Notes: a model not told the origin generated them from the letters alone. Counted from the first letter of the stretch, positions 47,484 to 57,302 are shown. The stretch is 64,000 nt of DNA from a bacterium (GCA_017538365.1 JAFYIZ010000028.1:52962-116961), one strand, 5' to 3'. Numbers and translations are program-made.

Positions 47484-49094
47484 ATGAAGAAATTTTTCGT
47501 ACTTACGGCTTGTCTTGTTGCCATGATTGCATGCGGAAACGGTCACGACGTGATGATGCAGAAAATGGAAGAGGCTGCTGAAAGAAACAAAGCCTATCAC
47601 GAGGCTGAAGAGGCAAAAAAGAAAGAAAAACCGAAATTCGTAGATGATGAAATCAAAGAAGAGCTCCCTGCGATCGTAGACGCGGCTGCAAAAGGCAACC
47701 TTGCGGCTGTAAAAGCTGAAATCAGCAAGGGAACTCTTGTCGATACTAAGGACGGACGCAGCAGAACGGCTCTTTACATGGCTGCTTCTGAAGGTAAAAA
47801 AGATGTTGCAGACTACCTCATCGAAGAAGGTGCAAACGTCAACACGAAGCGCGATGACGGCGACACTCCGCTTATGGCTGCTGCAAGAAAAGGCGACAAG
47901 GAGATCGTTGAGGCACTTATAAATGCGAAAGCCGATATTGCTCAGGCAGACAATTTCGGCAGAACTCCGCTTATGATGGCTGCTTCCAGCGGTTCGAAAG
48001 AGCTTGTTGACTATATGCTTGCAAACGGTGCAGACCTCAATGCAACTGACAAATACGAGCTTTCGGCTCTTATTTTCGCGATGAAGGCTCACAAGATGGA
48101 TCTTGCGAAATATCTGCTCAGCAAAGGCGCGAAGGTATGGAAAGCGAAACCTCTCGTAATCAAGGAAAAACCCCTTGTCCTCAAGATCGAAGGCAAAGTT
48201 CAGCCGGGAATGGAAGAAGTTATCGAAAATCTTGACAAGAAAGATGTTCATCTCCGCCAGAAAACCGAGCTTTTCTACGCAGTTGAAACGGGCGATCTCG
48301 ACCTTGTCAAACTTCTTGTACAGAAAGGATCTCCGGTTCTCGTAGACGATGTCGAGCAGAGCAGGGAAACGATAATTTATGAATTCGGCGGAGGCAAGGA
48401 AGAAGAACGCGATATGCTTTTCCAGAGAAAGATCACGAGAACTTCTTACGACCGCGACCAGAAAAACCTTCTTCACTACGCTGCTGAAGGCGGATATGTC
48501 GATATCATGAAATTCCTCATTTCCAAAGGCGCAAGACTTGAAGAGACCGACGGCGAAAACGTCAGAGGTCCGCTTTTCTACGTCGTAGCTCAGGAAGTCG
48601 ACCCGAAAGATCCGGGCAAAGAGGCGAGACTCGTTGCAACGGCTGATTACATCATCGAAGAAGGCAAAAAGACCTGGACGAAGAGAGTCAGACTTACCAA
48701 AAAAGAACTCGACAAGATGAGAGAGAAAGAAAAAGCTAAAAACTGGTGGGAAAAGAACCCGTTCGATACCGAATGGAAAGATGTCACCGCTCCGAAAGTC
48801 GACATTGAAGAATACGATTACGAAGGCTGGCATGTTCTTGCTCTCGCTGCAAAATACGGTCACACTGACATCGTTAAACTTCTCATAAACAAAGGCGCTA
48901 ACATCAACCACAAAGAGAGAAAAATGGGTAACACCGCGCTTATTTACTCGAGAGTCGGCAAATTCAAAGAGATGGAAAAATTCCTTCTTGAACACTGTGC
49001 GAAAGAGGGAATCAACTTCGATCACGAAGAGCTTGCAAAACAGGGCTGGAAATGCGTTGATGGAAAAGAAGTTTTCGAAAAGCCTGCCGAATAA
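47484..49094 (+). CDS. Ankyrin-repeat lipoprotein
   Basis: MKKFFVLTACLVAMIACGNG lipobox. Multiple ANK repeats (DGRSRTALYMAASEGKKDVADYLIEEGANVNTKRDDGDTPLMAAARKGDKEIVEALINAKADI...). Confidence 0.65.
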   Translation: MKKFFVLTACLVAMIACGNGHDVMMQKMEEAAERNKAYHEAEEAKKKEKPKFVDDEIKEELPAIVDAAAKGNLAAVKAEISKGTLVDTKDGRSRTALYMAASEGKKDVADYLIEEGANVNTKRDDGDTPLMAAARKGDKEIVEALINAKADIAQADNFGRTPLMMAASSGSKELVDYMLANGADLNATDKYELSALIFAMKAHKMDLAKYLLSKGAKVWKAKPLVIKEKPLVLKIEGKVQPGMEEVIENLDKKDVHLRQKTELFYAVETGDLDLVKLLVQKGSPVLVDDVEQSRETIIYEFGGGKEEERDMLFQRKITRTSYDRDQKNLLHYAAEGGYVDIMKFLISKGARLEETDGENVRGPLFYVVAQEVDPKDPGKEARLVATADYIIEEGKKTWTKRVRLTKKELDKMREKEKAKNWWEKNPFDTEWKDVTAPKVDIEEYDYEGWHVLALAAKYGHTDIVKLLINKGANINHKERKMGNTALIYSRVGKFKEMEKFLLEHCAKEGINFDHEELAKQGWKCVDGKEVFEKPAE

Positions 49095-49136
49095 TTCTTA
49101 AAATTCTTAAATTTTTTCAATAAATTGAGGTATTCA

Positions 49137-50183
49137 ATGAATAAAATCTTTTTGATTCTTTTTGCTCTTTTGATGATGGGGTCATGCGGTGGAGACGCTC
49201 CGGAAGCTGATGCTGCACAAGGTTCTCTTGGCGGAATCTGCTATCCGAACAAGACCTGCGATGACGGTCTGGAGTGTTCTGAAGATGGTAATATTTGCGT
49301 CAAAAAAGATTCGAACGGTGATATTGACAATCCGACAGATCCTGCAAATAACGATTCGGATGCCGATTCCGGTGATTCGGAGAATTCATCAGACAACGAT
49401 TCTTCTGATTCTGTTTCCGACAATGATCCGGCTGAAAATGAGGCGGGATGCGGCAACGGAGTAAAGGAAGCCGGCGAAGTTTGCGAAAAAGGGGAATATG
49501 TAACCTGTTCAGAGGTTAATAGCGAATATTCTGCTTCGAATTTTGCAACCTGCAACGACTACTGCAACGGTTGGAATACCGCCAATTGTGAAAATTCTCA
49601 AGAAGGCGCTCAGCCGCTTGCAAGTTTTCCGGCAAGAACGCATGAACTAACCTATCTTTACAACGGCTTGACTGCGTTTGAAGAAATGGCAAATCAGGAA
49701 GACGAGCTCTGGAAGTCAGCTCTTTTCAACGCTTCGGTAACTATGAGCGGCGAAACTTATTCCATTCCGAATCCTCTGGCTAATGTTCACTGGATTGCGG
49801 CTTATTACGATTCTGATGTCCTCTCTTTCTACCAGAATTCGTACGCATGTGACGATTCAATGAACTGCCAATATGCAACTCCTGCTGTTATGTTCGGAGC
49901 CGCTTTGTCAGCTCTGAAGGCAGGAAAAGAACTTTCTATCGGCATTTCCGATGAAAATCAGGTAAATATGCTCATAGAAGATGTCATGACAAATTCGGAA
50001 CAGGACTGCGTAATGCTTGTCGGTTATGGCACTTTGAAAGTCGATTCGATCAACATTTCGTCAGGATCTGCCGGTAATTTCAAATTCACAACTTCAAAGA
50101 TCGGTTTGTATCTGCCGGCTGCAACACCTGAAGGCGATGTTACGAATGAACTTGAAAATGCGGGGTTCACAATATGCAAATAA
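49137..50183 (+). CDS. Cys-rich acidic lipoprotein, hypothetical
   Basis: MNKIFLILFALLMMGSCGGDAPE. D/S-rich acidic stretch. Multiple Cys pairs. Confidence 0.5.
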   Translation: MNKIFLILFALLMMGSCGGDAPEADAAQGSLGGICYPNKTCDDGLECSEDGNICVKKDSNGDIDNPTDPANNDSDADSGDSENSSDNDSSDSVSDNDPAENEAGCGNGVKEAGEVCEKGEYVTCSEVNSEYSASNFATCNDYCNGWNTANCENSQEGAQPLASFPARTHELTYLYNGLTAFEEMANQEDELWKSALFNASVTMSGETYSIPNPLANVHWIAAYYDSDVLSFYQNSYACDDSMNCQYATPAVMFGAALSALKAGKELSIGISDENQVNMLIEDVMTNSEQDCVMLVGYGTLKVDSINISSGSAGNFKFTTSKIGLYLPAATPEGDVTNELENAGFTICK

Positions 50184-51448
50184 AAACTAAAATCTCAATA
50201 ATTACGGCAATTTCTGTTTGTTTGTTCTTTGCTGTTTCTTGCGGCAGCTCTTCGAAAGAAGAACCGAAAAATGACACCGATACTGAAACAACTGATGCAG
50301 ATGAAACGGACAATAGCGGGGATGAGAACTACAGTGCCGGCGTTTCTTCAATAAAATTTACGATTCCTGAAGAATCTTCGTTGGTTGCCGAGTCTTCCGG
50401 TCATTTGGCGTTTCCTGATGTTGTCAAACTCCAAAACGGAAAGCTGATGACTGTTTTCAGAAGCGGCAAGGATCATGCTGAAAAAAGCGGTTCTATAATC
50501 GTGGCTTTTTCCAAAGACGGAGTAGAGTGGGATGATTCCGATTATTTGATGAACGACAGCACAATCGATGACCGCGACCCGTCAATCACCGTTTTTTCGG
50601 ACGGAAGAGTCGGAATGAACTGGTTCAAATACCGTTATGCCGATGATCATAATGAGCCTTGGGTTCATCATTTGTTTTTTGCGGTTTCCGATAAAAGCGG
50701 GCTTAATTTCAGCGAACCGGTTCAGGTTGACCCCGGCATTTTCGACTATTCGGAAACTGCGGTTTTGGATGAAAACGGAGTTTGGCTTGACGAAAAAGGA
50801 GAGGAAATTACTGTCGCGGCTTCTTCGAGTTCCGCAATAGAACATGAAGGAAAAATAATAATTCCGGGTTATTTCGGCGGTGCACTGAACTGGAGTTCGA
50901 TGGGATCAACGCCGAAAACGAGAGTCGTTCTTTTTGAAAGTGCTGACGGCGGAGCAACTTGGACACCGAATAAAGTCGAAGCCGAAATTGACGACAAAAT
51001 TTGGCTCAGTGAACCGGCACTGCTCAAAGTTACTGAAAAACGCTGGCTTTTACATGTCAGAACTGCAAAAGGTGCAAGCCCGAGCAACAAAGGCGATCTC
51101 ATGCAGAGCATTTCGGAAGACGGCGGCAAAACCTGGTCTCCATATGAAAGTCTTGGTTTTGTAGCTCATGCACCGGAACTCCTGAAACTTAACAACGGCG
51201 TGATCGTAAGTTCTTTCCGCTGGCTCGACTATGTCGGATCAAATCCGAAAAGCGAATCCGTTTCGATGATTTATTCGCTTGACGGCGGCGCAACATGGTC
51301 GGATGTTATCGAAATTCTGGACTGCGGGGCGGCGGAATGCGGTTATCCCGGCATGGTTGAACTTGACGGAAATAAAATCCTCGTCGTTTATTACACACCG
51401 GGCGGAAAGACGATTGAATCTAAAATCATAACTTTTGAAGCGGAATAA
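50174..51448 (+). CDS. BNR/Asp-box repeat glycosyl hydrolase (sialidase-like) lipoprotein
   Basis: Lipobox FAVSCGSS. Asp-box repeats SADGGATWTP, SEDGGKTWSP, SLDGGATWSD. Confidence 0.6.
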   Translation: MQIKTKISIITAISVCLFFAVSCGSSSKEEPKNDTDTETTDADETDNSGDENYSAGVSSIKFTIPEESSLVAESSGHLAFPDVVKLQNGKLMTVFRSGKDHAEKSGSIIVAFSKDGVEWDDSDYLMNDSTIDDRDPSITVFSDGRVGMNWFKYRYADDHNEPWVHHLFFAVSDKSGLNFSEPVQVDPGIFDYSETAVLDENGVWLDEKGEEITVAASSSSAIEHEGKIIIPGYFGGALNWSSMGSTPKTRVVLFESADGGATWTPNKVEAEIDDKIWLSEPALLKVTEKRWLLHVRTAKGASPSNKGDLMQSISEDGGKTWSPYESLGFVAHAPELLKLNNGVIVSSFRWLDYVGSNPKSESVSMIYSLDGGATWSDVIEILDCGAAECGYPGMVELDGNKILVVYYTPGGKTIESKIITFEAE

Positions 51449-51532
51449 TTGCTTTATAATTTTTTGTAATTATAATAATTTGCTTATGTTTTTTGGATGT
51501 TTTTGGCAGTTTAATATTTTACGGAGTTAAAA

Positions 51533-52393
51533 ATGAAAAAAATTTTGTTGGTCATGCTTGTTTGTTCGCTCCTTTTCGCTCTTTCCTGCGGCAGCAGCGA
51601 TAAAAAGGACGGAAAAACCTCTCTTATCGAAAAGAAGATCGAAATGATCAAAAACGACAATCAGGGCAAACCTGTAAAACAGATGGTCGAAATCCTCAAA
51701 CTCAAGGCTGAGAACGAGGAATTCGTAAAGAAATCAGTTATGAAGATTTATTCCGAAATCACCGGAAAAGTTGCTCCTCATCAGCTTGCACAGTTCAAGG
51801 AATCGCCGAACAGAAACGTTCAGGTTCCGGGAAATGTTTCAAGAATCCACATCAAAAGCGACTATGTTTCAAGTGCGAACGTAATGCTTTTCCTCATGAA
51901 AGGAAAAGAAGCTGTCGTTTGGGACGAGCTTGAGTTCAACACCGAGAAAAAATACGATTTCGCTCCGGGCAACTACGATTTCGTCATGATCGTTGACAGA
52001 CCGGACAACAGCAATGTTTATGTTTTCAAGTATGACCGCAGCTTCAAAGGCGGCGAGCTTTACTTGGGCGAATTCAAAATCGTCGGCAAATACAGCAACT
52101 CCGGCGAATGTGCAACTGGTTACATCCGTGACGACGCAGAAACCTGCATCGCTCCGTCATTCAAAATTTTCGACAACTGTGACGCCGGAACACACCTCGT
52201 AGAGCATCTCTGCTGCGAAGAAGGATTCAACTTCATCATGGACGGTCAGTGCTCGAGATACAGCGACACCGTTGAAAACGTTATCTGCCCGGCTGGTTAC
52301 CACGAAGGCGGAAAGGGAAGATGCTGCCCGACCGGAATGCTCTTCATCGACGACAAATGCCAGGTTCCGCCAAAAGAAGAACCGGCAAAATAA
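51533..52393 (+). CDS. Lipoprotein with a Cys-rich C-terminus, hypothetical
   Basis: MKKILLVMLVCSLLFALSCGSSDKK. C-terminal CATGY...CIAP...CDAGTHLVEHLCCEEG...CPAGYHEGGKGRCCPTG. Confidence 0.5.
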   Translation: MKKILLVMLVCSLLFALSCGSSDKKDGKTSLIEKKIEMIKNDNQGKPVKQMVEILKLKAENEEFVKKSVMKIYSEITGKVAPHQLAQFKESPNRNVQVPGNVSRIHIKSDYVSSANVMLFLMKGKEAVVWDELEFNTEKKYDFAPGNYDFVMIVDRPDNSNVYVFKYDRSFKGGELYLGEFKIVGKYSNSGECATGYIRDDAETCIAPSFKIFDNCDAGTHLVEHLCCEEGFNFIMDGQCSRYSDTVENVICPAGYHEGGKGRCCPTGMLFIDDKCQVPPKEEPAK

Positions 52394-52407
52394 CCCGATT
52401 TTCTATA

Positions 52408-52746
52408 ATGGATCAAAAACTTCTTCCCGAAATAAAACTTTTTAAAGAGCGGTTTAGCGAATTTCTAGAAAGTGAAGCTGCACTCAACGGAAAACTGCTT
52501 GTCAGAGAGCTTATTTACCGCTTTGCCATGGTGCAGTTCAGGGATACGCACGGTTTTGAGGCTGGAAAAGTTGAATACATCGCCAAAGTTTTTGACGAAG
52601 CGAAGGCTGAATTCGGGAAGATTTTTGAGGAGTTCGCTGTTTTCTGTATTGAAAACGGTTTCGACGAGACTTTTATAAACTCAGAGATGAAGAAATGGCT
52701 GACCGAAATTTCGGAAAAAATGGAACTCGAAAAGGCGGAAGGCTGA
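52408..52746 (+). CDS. Hypothetical cytoplasmic protein (112 aa)
   Basis: ORF. Start chosen at the first ATG after the upstream stop. No motif. Confidence 0.35.
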   Translation: MDQKLLPEIKLFKERFSEFLESEAALNGKLLVRELIYRFAMVQFRDTHGFEAGKVEYIAKVFDEAKAEFGKIFEEFAVFCIENGFDETFINSEMKKWLTEISEKMELEKAEG

Positions 52747-53774
52747 TTCTTTTCATTCTGCTTTCGGTGCTTTTTCACGGGCTTGTTTTTTTAATAAAAA
52801 TCGACCTTTCAACCGATAAAAGCGAAGAGGAGAGTCTCGTTTCGATAAAGTATCTTGATGATTCTGCGGCAAAACTTCCGGCAACTCCGGTTCTTCCGCC
52901 GAAACCTGAAAAGAAAAAGGAAAATTCGAAACCGAAAGGGCAGGTCGTCGATATTGCAAAGCCGAAAATCGAGAAAAAACCTTCAGAAAGCCGTTTTCTT
53001 TCGGAATTTGACAGTTCTGTCGAGAAAGAAACTGTTTCCTCTCAGCACGATGACAACATAAATGTCCGCGGCGAAAGTCTGAAAAGGCAGCTTGCCAAAA
53101 AGGCGGAAAACATGAAAGTCGAATCTGACGAAAGCATGATGATGCCGATGCAGTCGGCTGATGCGCAGAAACCTGAGCAGGCAAAGGCCGAAAAAATCAA
53201 AAAAGGGGAACTTAAAGGTTTCGAAGGCGATGACGGCAACTATGCGGCTGGAAAAGATAAGGAAATTGCCGGAAAGCTTGATGCTAAAGACGACAAGGAT
53301 GAAGAAGGGCGCGTGAATGTCGGCGGAAGGTGGATTCCGAAAAAACTTCTTCCTTATCTCAATGGTTCCGACGCTGTGCTGATGAGTCCGTCGAATGATT
53401 TTCTGGAAGATGTCAGAAAGGGGAACGAGACTTATCTCAACACTCAGAAATTTGCTTATGCGGCCTACTTCAACAAGATGAAACAGGCGATCTCACGAAA
53501 CTGGAGTCCGGGGACGGCGATAATCGTGAACGATCCTACCGGCAGAATGTATGGCAGAAAGGACAGATTCACGAAGCTCCAGGTTTTTATTTCGGCGCAG
53601 GGAAAGCTCGTCAAAGCAAAGGTTATCACGAGCTGCGGAGTCGATTTTCTTGACCGCGAGGCGATAAACGCATTCAAAATGGCGGCTCCTTTCGCTCCAC
53701 CGCCCGAAATCCTTCTCAACGAAGACAAACAGCTTGAAATACGTTTCGGATTTATGGTGACAACACATGAATAA
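52695..53774 (+). CDS. TonB-family protein (transmembrane anchor, Pro/Lys-rich linker, TonB C-terminal domain)
   Basis: Transmembrane RLILFILLSVLFHGLVFLI. PVLPPKPEKKKENSKPK. C-terminal domain ...KLQVFISAQGKLVKAKVITSCGVDFLDREAINAFKMAAPFAPPP. Start uncertain: 52-nt overlap with the upstream ORF. Confidence 0.5.
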   Translation: MADRNFGKNGTRKGGRLILFILLSVLFHGLVFLIKIDLSTDKSEEESLVSIKYLDDSAAKLPATPVLPPKPEKKKENSKPKGQVVDIAKPKIEKKPSESRFLSEFDSSVEKETVSSQHDDNINVRGESLKRQLAKKAENMKVESDESMMMPMQSADAQKPEQAKAEKIKKGELKGFEGDDGNYAAGKDKEIAGKLDAKDDKDEEGRVNVGGRWIPKKLLPYLNGSDAVLMSPSNDFLEDVRKGNETYLNTQKFAYAAYFNKMKQAISRNWSPGTAIIVNDPTGRMYGRKDRFTKLQVFISAQGKLVKAKVITSCGVDFLDREAINAFKMAAPFAPPPEILLNEDKQLEIRFGFMVTTHE

Positions 53775-54456
53775 TTCAAAAAAAGCGGTCGTTCTTTTCA
53801 GCGGCGGCCTTGATTCTACGACGGTTTTAGTTTATGCGCTGAAACAGGGTTATGATGTTTATCCGCTCACTTTTTCCTACGGTCAGAGGCACGCGATCGA
53901 AATAAAACAGTCGGAAAGAACGCTTGAAAAATACGGACTTCTGGACAGACAGACGATATTTTCGATTGATCTCACACCGTTTGTAAACTGCTCGCTTATC
54001 AACAAAAATCTGGAAGTTCCAGAATTTGCCGAAAACAGGATTCCTTCGACTTACGTGCCGTCGAGAAACCTTATTTTTCTTTCGGTAGCATCGGGTTTTG
54101 CCGAAACTCTGGGCGCGGAAAAGATTTTCATCGGTGTCAATTCAGTCGATTATTCGGGTTATCCCGACTGCCGTCCTGAATTTGTCGAAGCATTCAATAA
54201 AACGATCGCAGTCGGAACTAAGCAGGGTGTCGAAAGTGGAATAAAAGTTGAAGCACCGATTCTCAACATGTCAAAAAAGGAGATAGTCGAGCTCGGAATG
54301 TCGCTTGGAGTCGACTATTCGCTCACACACAGCTGCTACAACCCGACTCCCGACGGGCTTTCATGCGGAGTCTGCGACAGCTGCCGGCTCAGGCTTGAAG
54401 GTTTCAGACAGGCAGGATTCACTGATCCGCTGAAGTATGCGGCGCGCAAAAAATAA
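53767..54456 (+). CDS. queC: 7-cyano-7-deazaguanine synthase
   Basis: KAVVLFSGGLDSTT (PP-loop). C-terminal zinc Cys CYNPTPDGLSCGVCDSC. Confidence 0.9.
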   Translation: MNNSKKAVVLFSGGLDSTTVLVYALKQGYDVYPLTFSYGQRHAIEIKQSERTLEKYGLLDRQTIFSIDLTPFVNCSLINKNLEVPEFAENRIPSTYVPSRNLIFLSVASGFAETLGAEKIFIGVNSVDYSGYPDCRPEFVEAFNKTIAVGTKQGVESGIKVEAPILNMSKKEIVELGMSLGVDYSLTHSCYNPTPDGLSCGVCDSCRLRLEGFRQAGFTDPLKYAARKK

Positions 54457-54514
54457 CGGGATCACGAGATTCCGGTTTGCCGCCTTCGAGATTACTGGAT
54501 CACGAGATTCCGGG
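54457..54514. repeat. Intergenic repeat (locus A): direct duplication of GGATCACGAGATTCCGG
   Basis: 17-mer at 54458-54474 and 54497-54513. Shares cores CGGGATCACG / GATTCCGG with loci at 56304, 59926 and 47324. Confidence 0.7.
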
Positions 54515-54607
54515 ATTCCGAATAGTGTTTGTGGCGGCTGAAATTTTTGATTTTTTTCCCAAAAAAGCTAAAATTCCTGCCGTTGATTTTTTTTCTAGGA
54601 GGAAAAA

Positions 54608-55708
54608 ATGAAGAAAATCTGGTTGGTTTTAACGATTGTTTGTGTTTTCGTGCTTTCAAGCTGCGGTGGAGACAGCAAAACCCCGACAAAAGTTGAGGAA
54701 GAAACTGAAAACATGCCGGAGGAAGCTGAGGATGTGCAACCAGCTCCCAGTCCAAATGATGGAGCTCCTGAAGAACCTACTAACAGCAATGCGGAGTCTG
54801 ACTCCGGAATTCCCGGCTACACTGTTGAATTCAACATTATTGATATTGACATGATGGGACAGGGACAGTCAATGGCGATTGGCTACTTCATGAAGACTGC
54901 ACGTGAAGATCTGGAAGAAGATGAAGTTGAGGATGTTACGCTCGACACCTGTGTTATGGGTGAATCTTCACCGCGCGTTCCGAAATGTTTAAGCAAAGCC
55001 GACTGTGCTCCTGAGCAGGAATGTGTGCCGGAGACAGACAGCAACGGTAATGTGATCGAAAACAGTGAGCACTGCGAAACTCCGAACAGAGCTTCTCTTG
55101 ATGTAGGACCGGTTGAGATCGCAGGTTTTAACGGAGGTCCTTATCCGTTTGCTTACGAGCCTGGAGATCAGGTTTACAAGATGAATGGAACCGGTGACGG
55201 CAGTATTGACCGTTCTCTTATTGCGTATGGTGTCGACTATACGATTCGCGGCGAAAATATGATTCCAGACGATCTTAATTCGCTTTCAGCAACATTCAGA
55301 ATGCCTCCAATGCTGCAGCTTATCGAACCTGCTGCGACTGAAGGGGGAACATTCGGTGCTGCAATCGCGATCGATAACTCAAAACCGCTCAAATTTGTCT
55401 GGGAAGGCAACGGCGGACAGGGTTATATCGATATCACGATCACGGCGGCTCAGTCTCTTGCCAATACGGTTTCTGTAACATGCAAAGTTATTGACGACGG
55501 CGAATTTACAGTTCCGGAAGAGTTCGCTTCACAGCTCGTTTTCGGCGGCGGCGGTGACGGAATGATGGATCAGATGCTTGCAATGATGAATATGATAATT
55601 TTCGACCGTCATACTGAATCGCCGATTACCGGTGACGGCATTTCTGTCGGCAGAGTTTCGTCGGAACAGCTTATCATGGTTAATGTTCTTCCGACAGGAT
55701 CCAATTAA
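54608..55708 (+). CDS. Hypothetical lipoprotein
   Basis: MKKIWLVLTIVCVFVLSSCGGDSK. Acidic N-terminal region. No recognisable domain. Confidence 0.45.
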   Translation: MKKIWLVLTIVCVFVLSSCGGDSKTPTKVEEETENMPEEAEDVQPAPSPNDGAPEEPTNSNAESDSGIPGYTVEFNIIDIDMMGQGQSMAIGYFMKTAREDLEEDEVEDVTLDTCVMGESSPRVPKCLSKADCAPEQECVPETDSNGNVIENSEHCETPNRASLDVGPVEIAGFNGGPYPFAYEPGDQVYKMNGTGDGSIDRSLIAYGVDYTIRGENMIPDDLNSLSATFRMPPMLQLIEPAATEGGTFGAAIAIDNSKPLKFVWEGNGGQGYIDITITAAQSLANTVSVTCKVIDDGEFTVPEEFASQLVFGGGGDGMMDQMLAMMNMIIFDRHTESPITGDGISVGRVSSEQLIMVNVLPTGSN

Positions 55709-55739
55709 TCTGTAACTAACTTAGCCGCAAGGCAAATTT

Positions 55740-56303
55740 ATGAAAATCATCCGCGTCAATAAAGATTTGATTCTCAAAGAGTTGGAACTTTCTGACGCCG
55801 AACATATCTTCAAATCAATCGATTCACAGCGCGAATATCTTGGGAAATGGCTTCCTTTCGTTGAATTTACCAAAACAGTCAAAGATTCGCTTGACTATGT
55901 CAATTCGGTCGTCACAATGCCTGAAGAATGCAAAGAGTGGCAGTTCTCTGTTTTCTGCGGCGACGATTTTGCAGGGCTTGCAGGATTCAAAGGAACCGAC
56001 AGGCTCAACCGAAAAAGCGAAATAGGCTACTGGCTAAAAGAGGAGTTCCAAGGGCGCGGCATAATGACCGAGTCAGTCCGAGCGCTCATAAATTTCGGCT
56101 TTTCAGAACTCAACCTCAACAGAATCCAGATAAAATGCGCTCCAGACAACATCAAAAGCAACAGAATTCCGCAAAGACTGGGCTTCACTCTTGAAGGAAT
56201 CGAGCGCGACAGCGAATTCGTGAGAGAAGGTGTCTTTCGTGACGCCAATGTGTGGAGTCTTTTGAAAAGAGATTCGGAATCCAGGGATTACGAGAACCAG
56301 TGA
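55740..56303 (+). CDS. GNAT N-acetyltransferase (RimJ/RimL-like)
   Basis: 187 aa. GYWLKEEFQGRGIMTESVRALINFGF, the acetyl-CoA binding motif Q/RxxGxG/A. Confidence 0.65.
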   Translation: MKIIRVNKDLILKELELSDAEHIFKSIDSQREYLGKWLPFVEFTKTVKDSLDYVNSVVTMPEECKEWQFSVFCGDDFAGLAGFKGTDRLNRKSEIGYWLKEEFQGRGIMTESVRALINFGFSELNLNRIQIKCAPDNIKSNRIPQRLGFTLEGIERDSEFVREGVFRDANVWSLLKRDSESRDYENQ

Positions 56304-56377
56304 TCCCGATTGCGGCGCGTCGAGATCCGGTTGCGGCGCTTTTCGGGATTCCGTGATTCCGGTATTCCGAGATCTCG
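56304..56377. repeat. Intergenic palindromic repeat block (locus B) filling the convergent gap between the GNAT gene and lipA
   Basis: Read directly: GTGATCCCG, GCGGCGCGTCGAGATCCGGTTGCGGCGC, CGGGATTCCGTGATTCCGGTATTCCGAGATCTCG. Same cores as loci A, C and D. Confidence 0.7.
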
Positions 56378-57250
56378 TTATTTTGTTGCGCCGCTGATCA
56401 TATTCTGGTGAATTTCTTTTGCGTTGAAGGAGCTTCTGACAAATCTGCCCGAATAAACTTCTTTGAATCCGATGGACAAACCATAGTCGCGCAGTGCGTC
56501 AAATTCAGCCTGAGTGTAGTCTTTTTCAACAGGGATGTGCTGCAGCGACGGGCGGAAATACTGCCCGATGGTCATTATGTCGCATCCTACATCGCGCAGA
56601 TCGCGCATCAGAGCATGGACTTCATCAATATTTTCTCCGACTCCGAGCATTATTCCCGATTTCGTGATAAAACCTTTGCGTTTCATGTAGCAGAGAACGT
56701 CAAGCGAGCGTTTGTAATCAGCCTGCGGGCGCACTTTCGAGTATAAAGATGGGATTGTTTCGACATTGTGGTTGAAAACATCTATCGGCGAATCAGCAAC
56801 GATATCGAGATTTTCCTTTATTCCGAGGAAATCTGGGGTCAGGACTTCGACCAAGGTTTCAGGTGATAACTCTTTGACTTTTTTAACAGTTTCGGCGAAG
56901 TGCGCCGCTCCGCAGTCGGGAAGGTCGTCTCTTGTTACCGAGGTTATTACGGTATAAAGCAAGCCCAGATCTTTTACGGCAAGCGCAAGGTTCATCGGTT
57001 CGTTCGGATCGGGAAGGGGGATGTTTTCATTGTGGACGATGTTGCAGAAGCGGCAGTTGCGGGTGCAGCTGTTTCCCAGAATCAGGAATGTCGCCGTTCT
57101 TTTCTTAAAGCAGTCGCCTATATTCGGGCAGTGCGCCGATTCGCAGACCGAATGAAGGTGGTGCAGACGCAGAATCTGCTTCATTTCGGCAACGAAAGGA
57201 GACTTGAAAGTCGATTTTTTGAGCATTTCCTCAGCCATAATCAGCCTCAT
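56378..57250 (-). CDS. lipA: Lipoyl synthase
   Basis: CESAHCPNIGDCF, FLILGNSCTRNCRFCN (radical SAM CxxxCxxC). Start chosen at MRLIMAEEM. The track ORF extends to 57340 and overlaps rlmN. Confidence 0.85.
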   Translation of the reverse strand: MRLIMAEEMLKKSTFKSPFVAEMKQILRLHHLHSVCESAHCPNIGDCFKKRTATFLILGNSCTRNCRFCNIVHNENIPLPDPNEPMNLALAVKDLGLLYTVITSVTRDDLPDCGAAHFAETVKKVKELSPETLVEVLTPDFLGIKENLDIVADSPIDVFNHNVETIPSLYSKVRPQADYKRSLDVLCYMKRKGFITKSGIMLGVGENIDEVHALMRDLRDVGCDIMTIGQYFRPSLQHIPVEKDYTQAEFDALRDYGLSIGFKEVYSGRFVRSSFNAKEIHQNMISGATK

Positions 57251-57302
57251 TGAACATTCATAAAACGCGGGATTTAAGCCTTTGAAACGGCGCTTGTCAA
57301 GG

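Noticed and set aside
47478-49025. 515-aa minus-strand ORF antisense to the ankyrin lipoprotein gene
   Set aside because: The plus-strand frame has clear ANK repeats and a lipobox. The antisense frame has no motif, so it is a shadow ORF.
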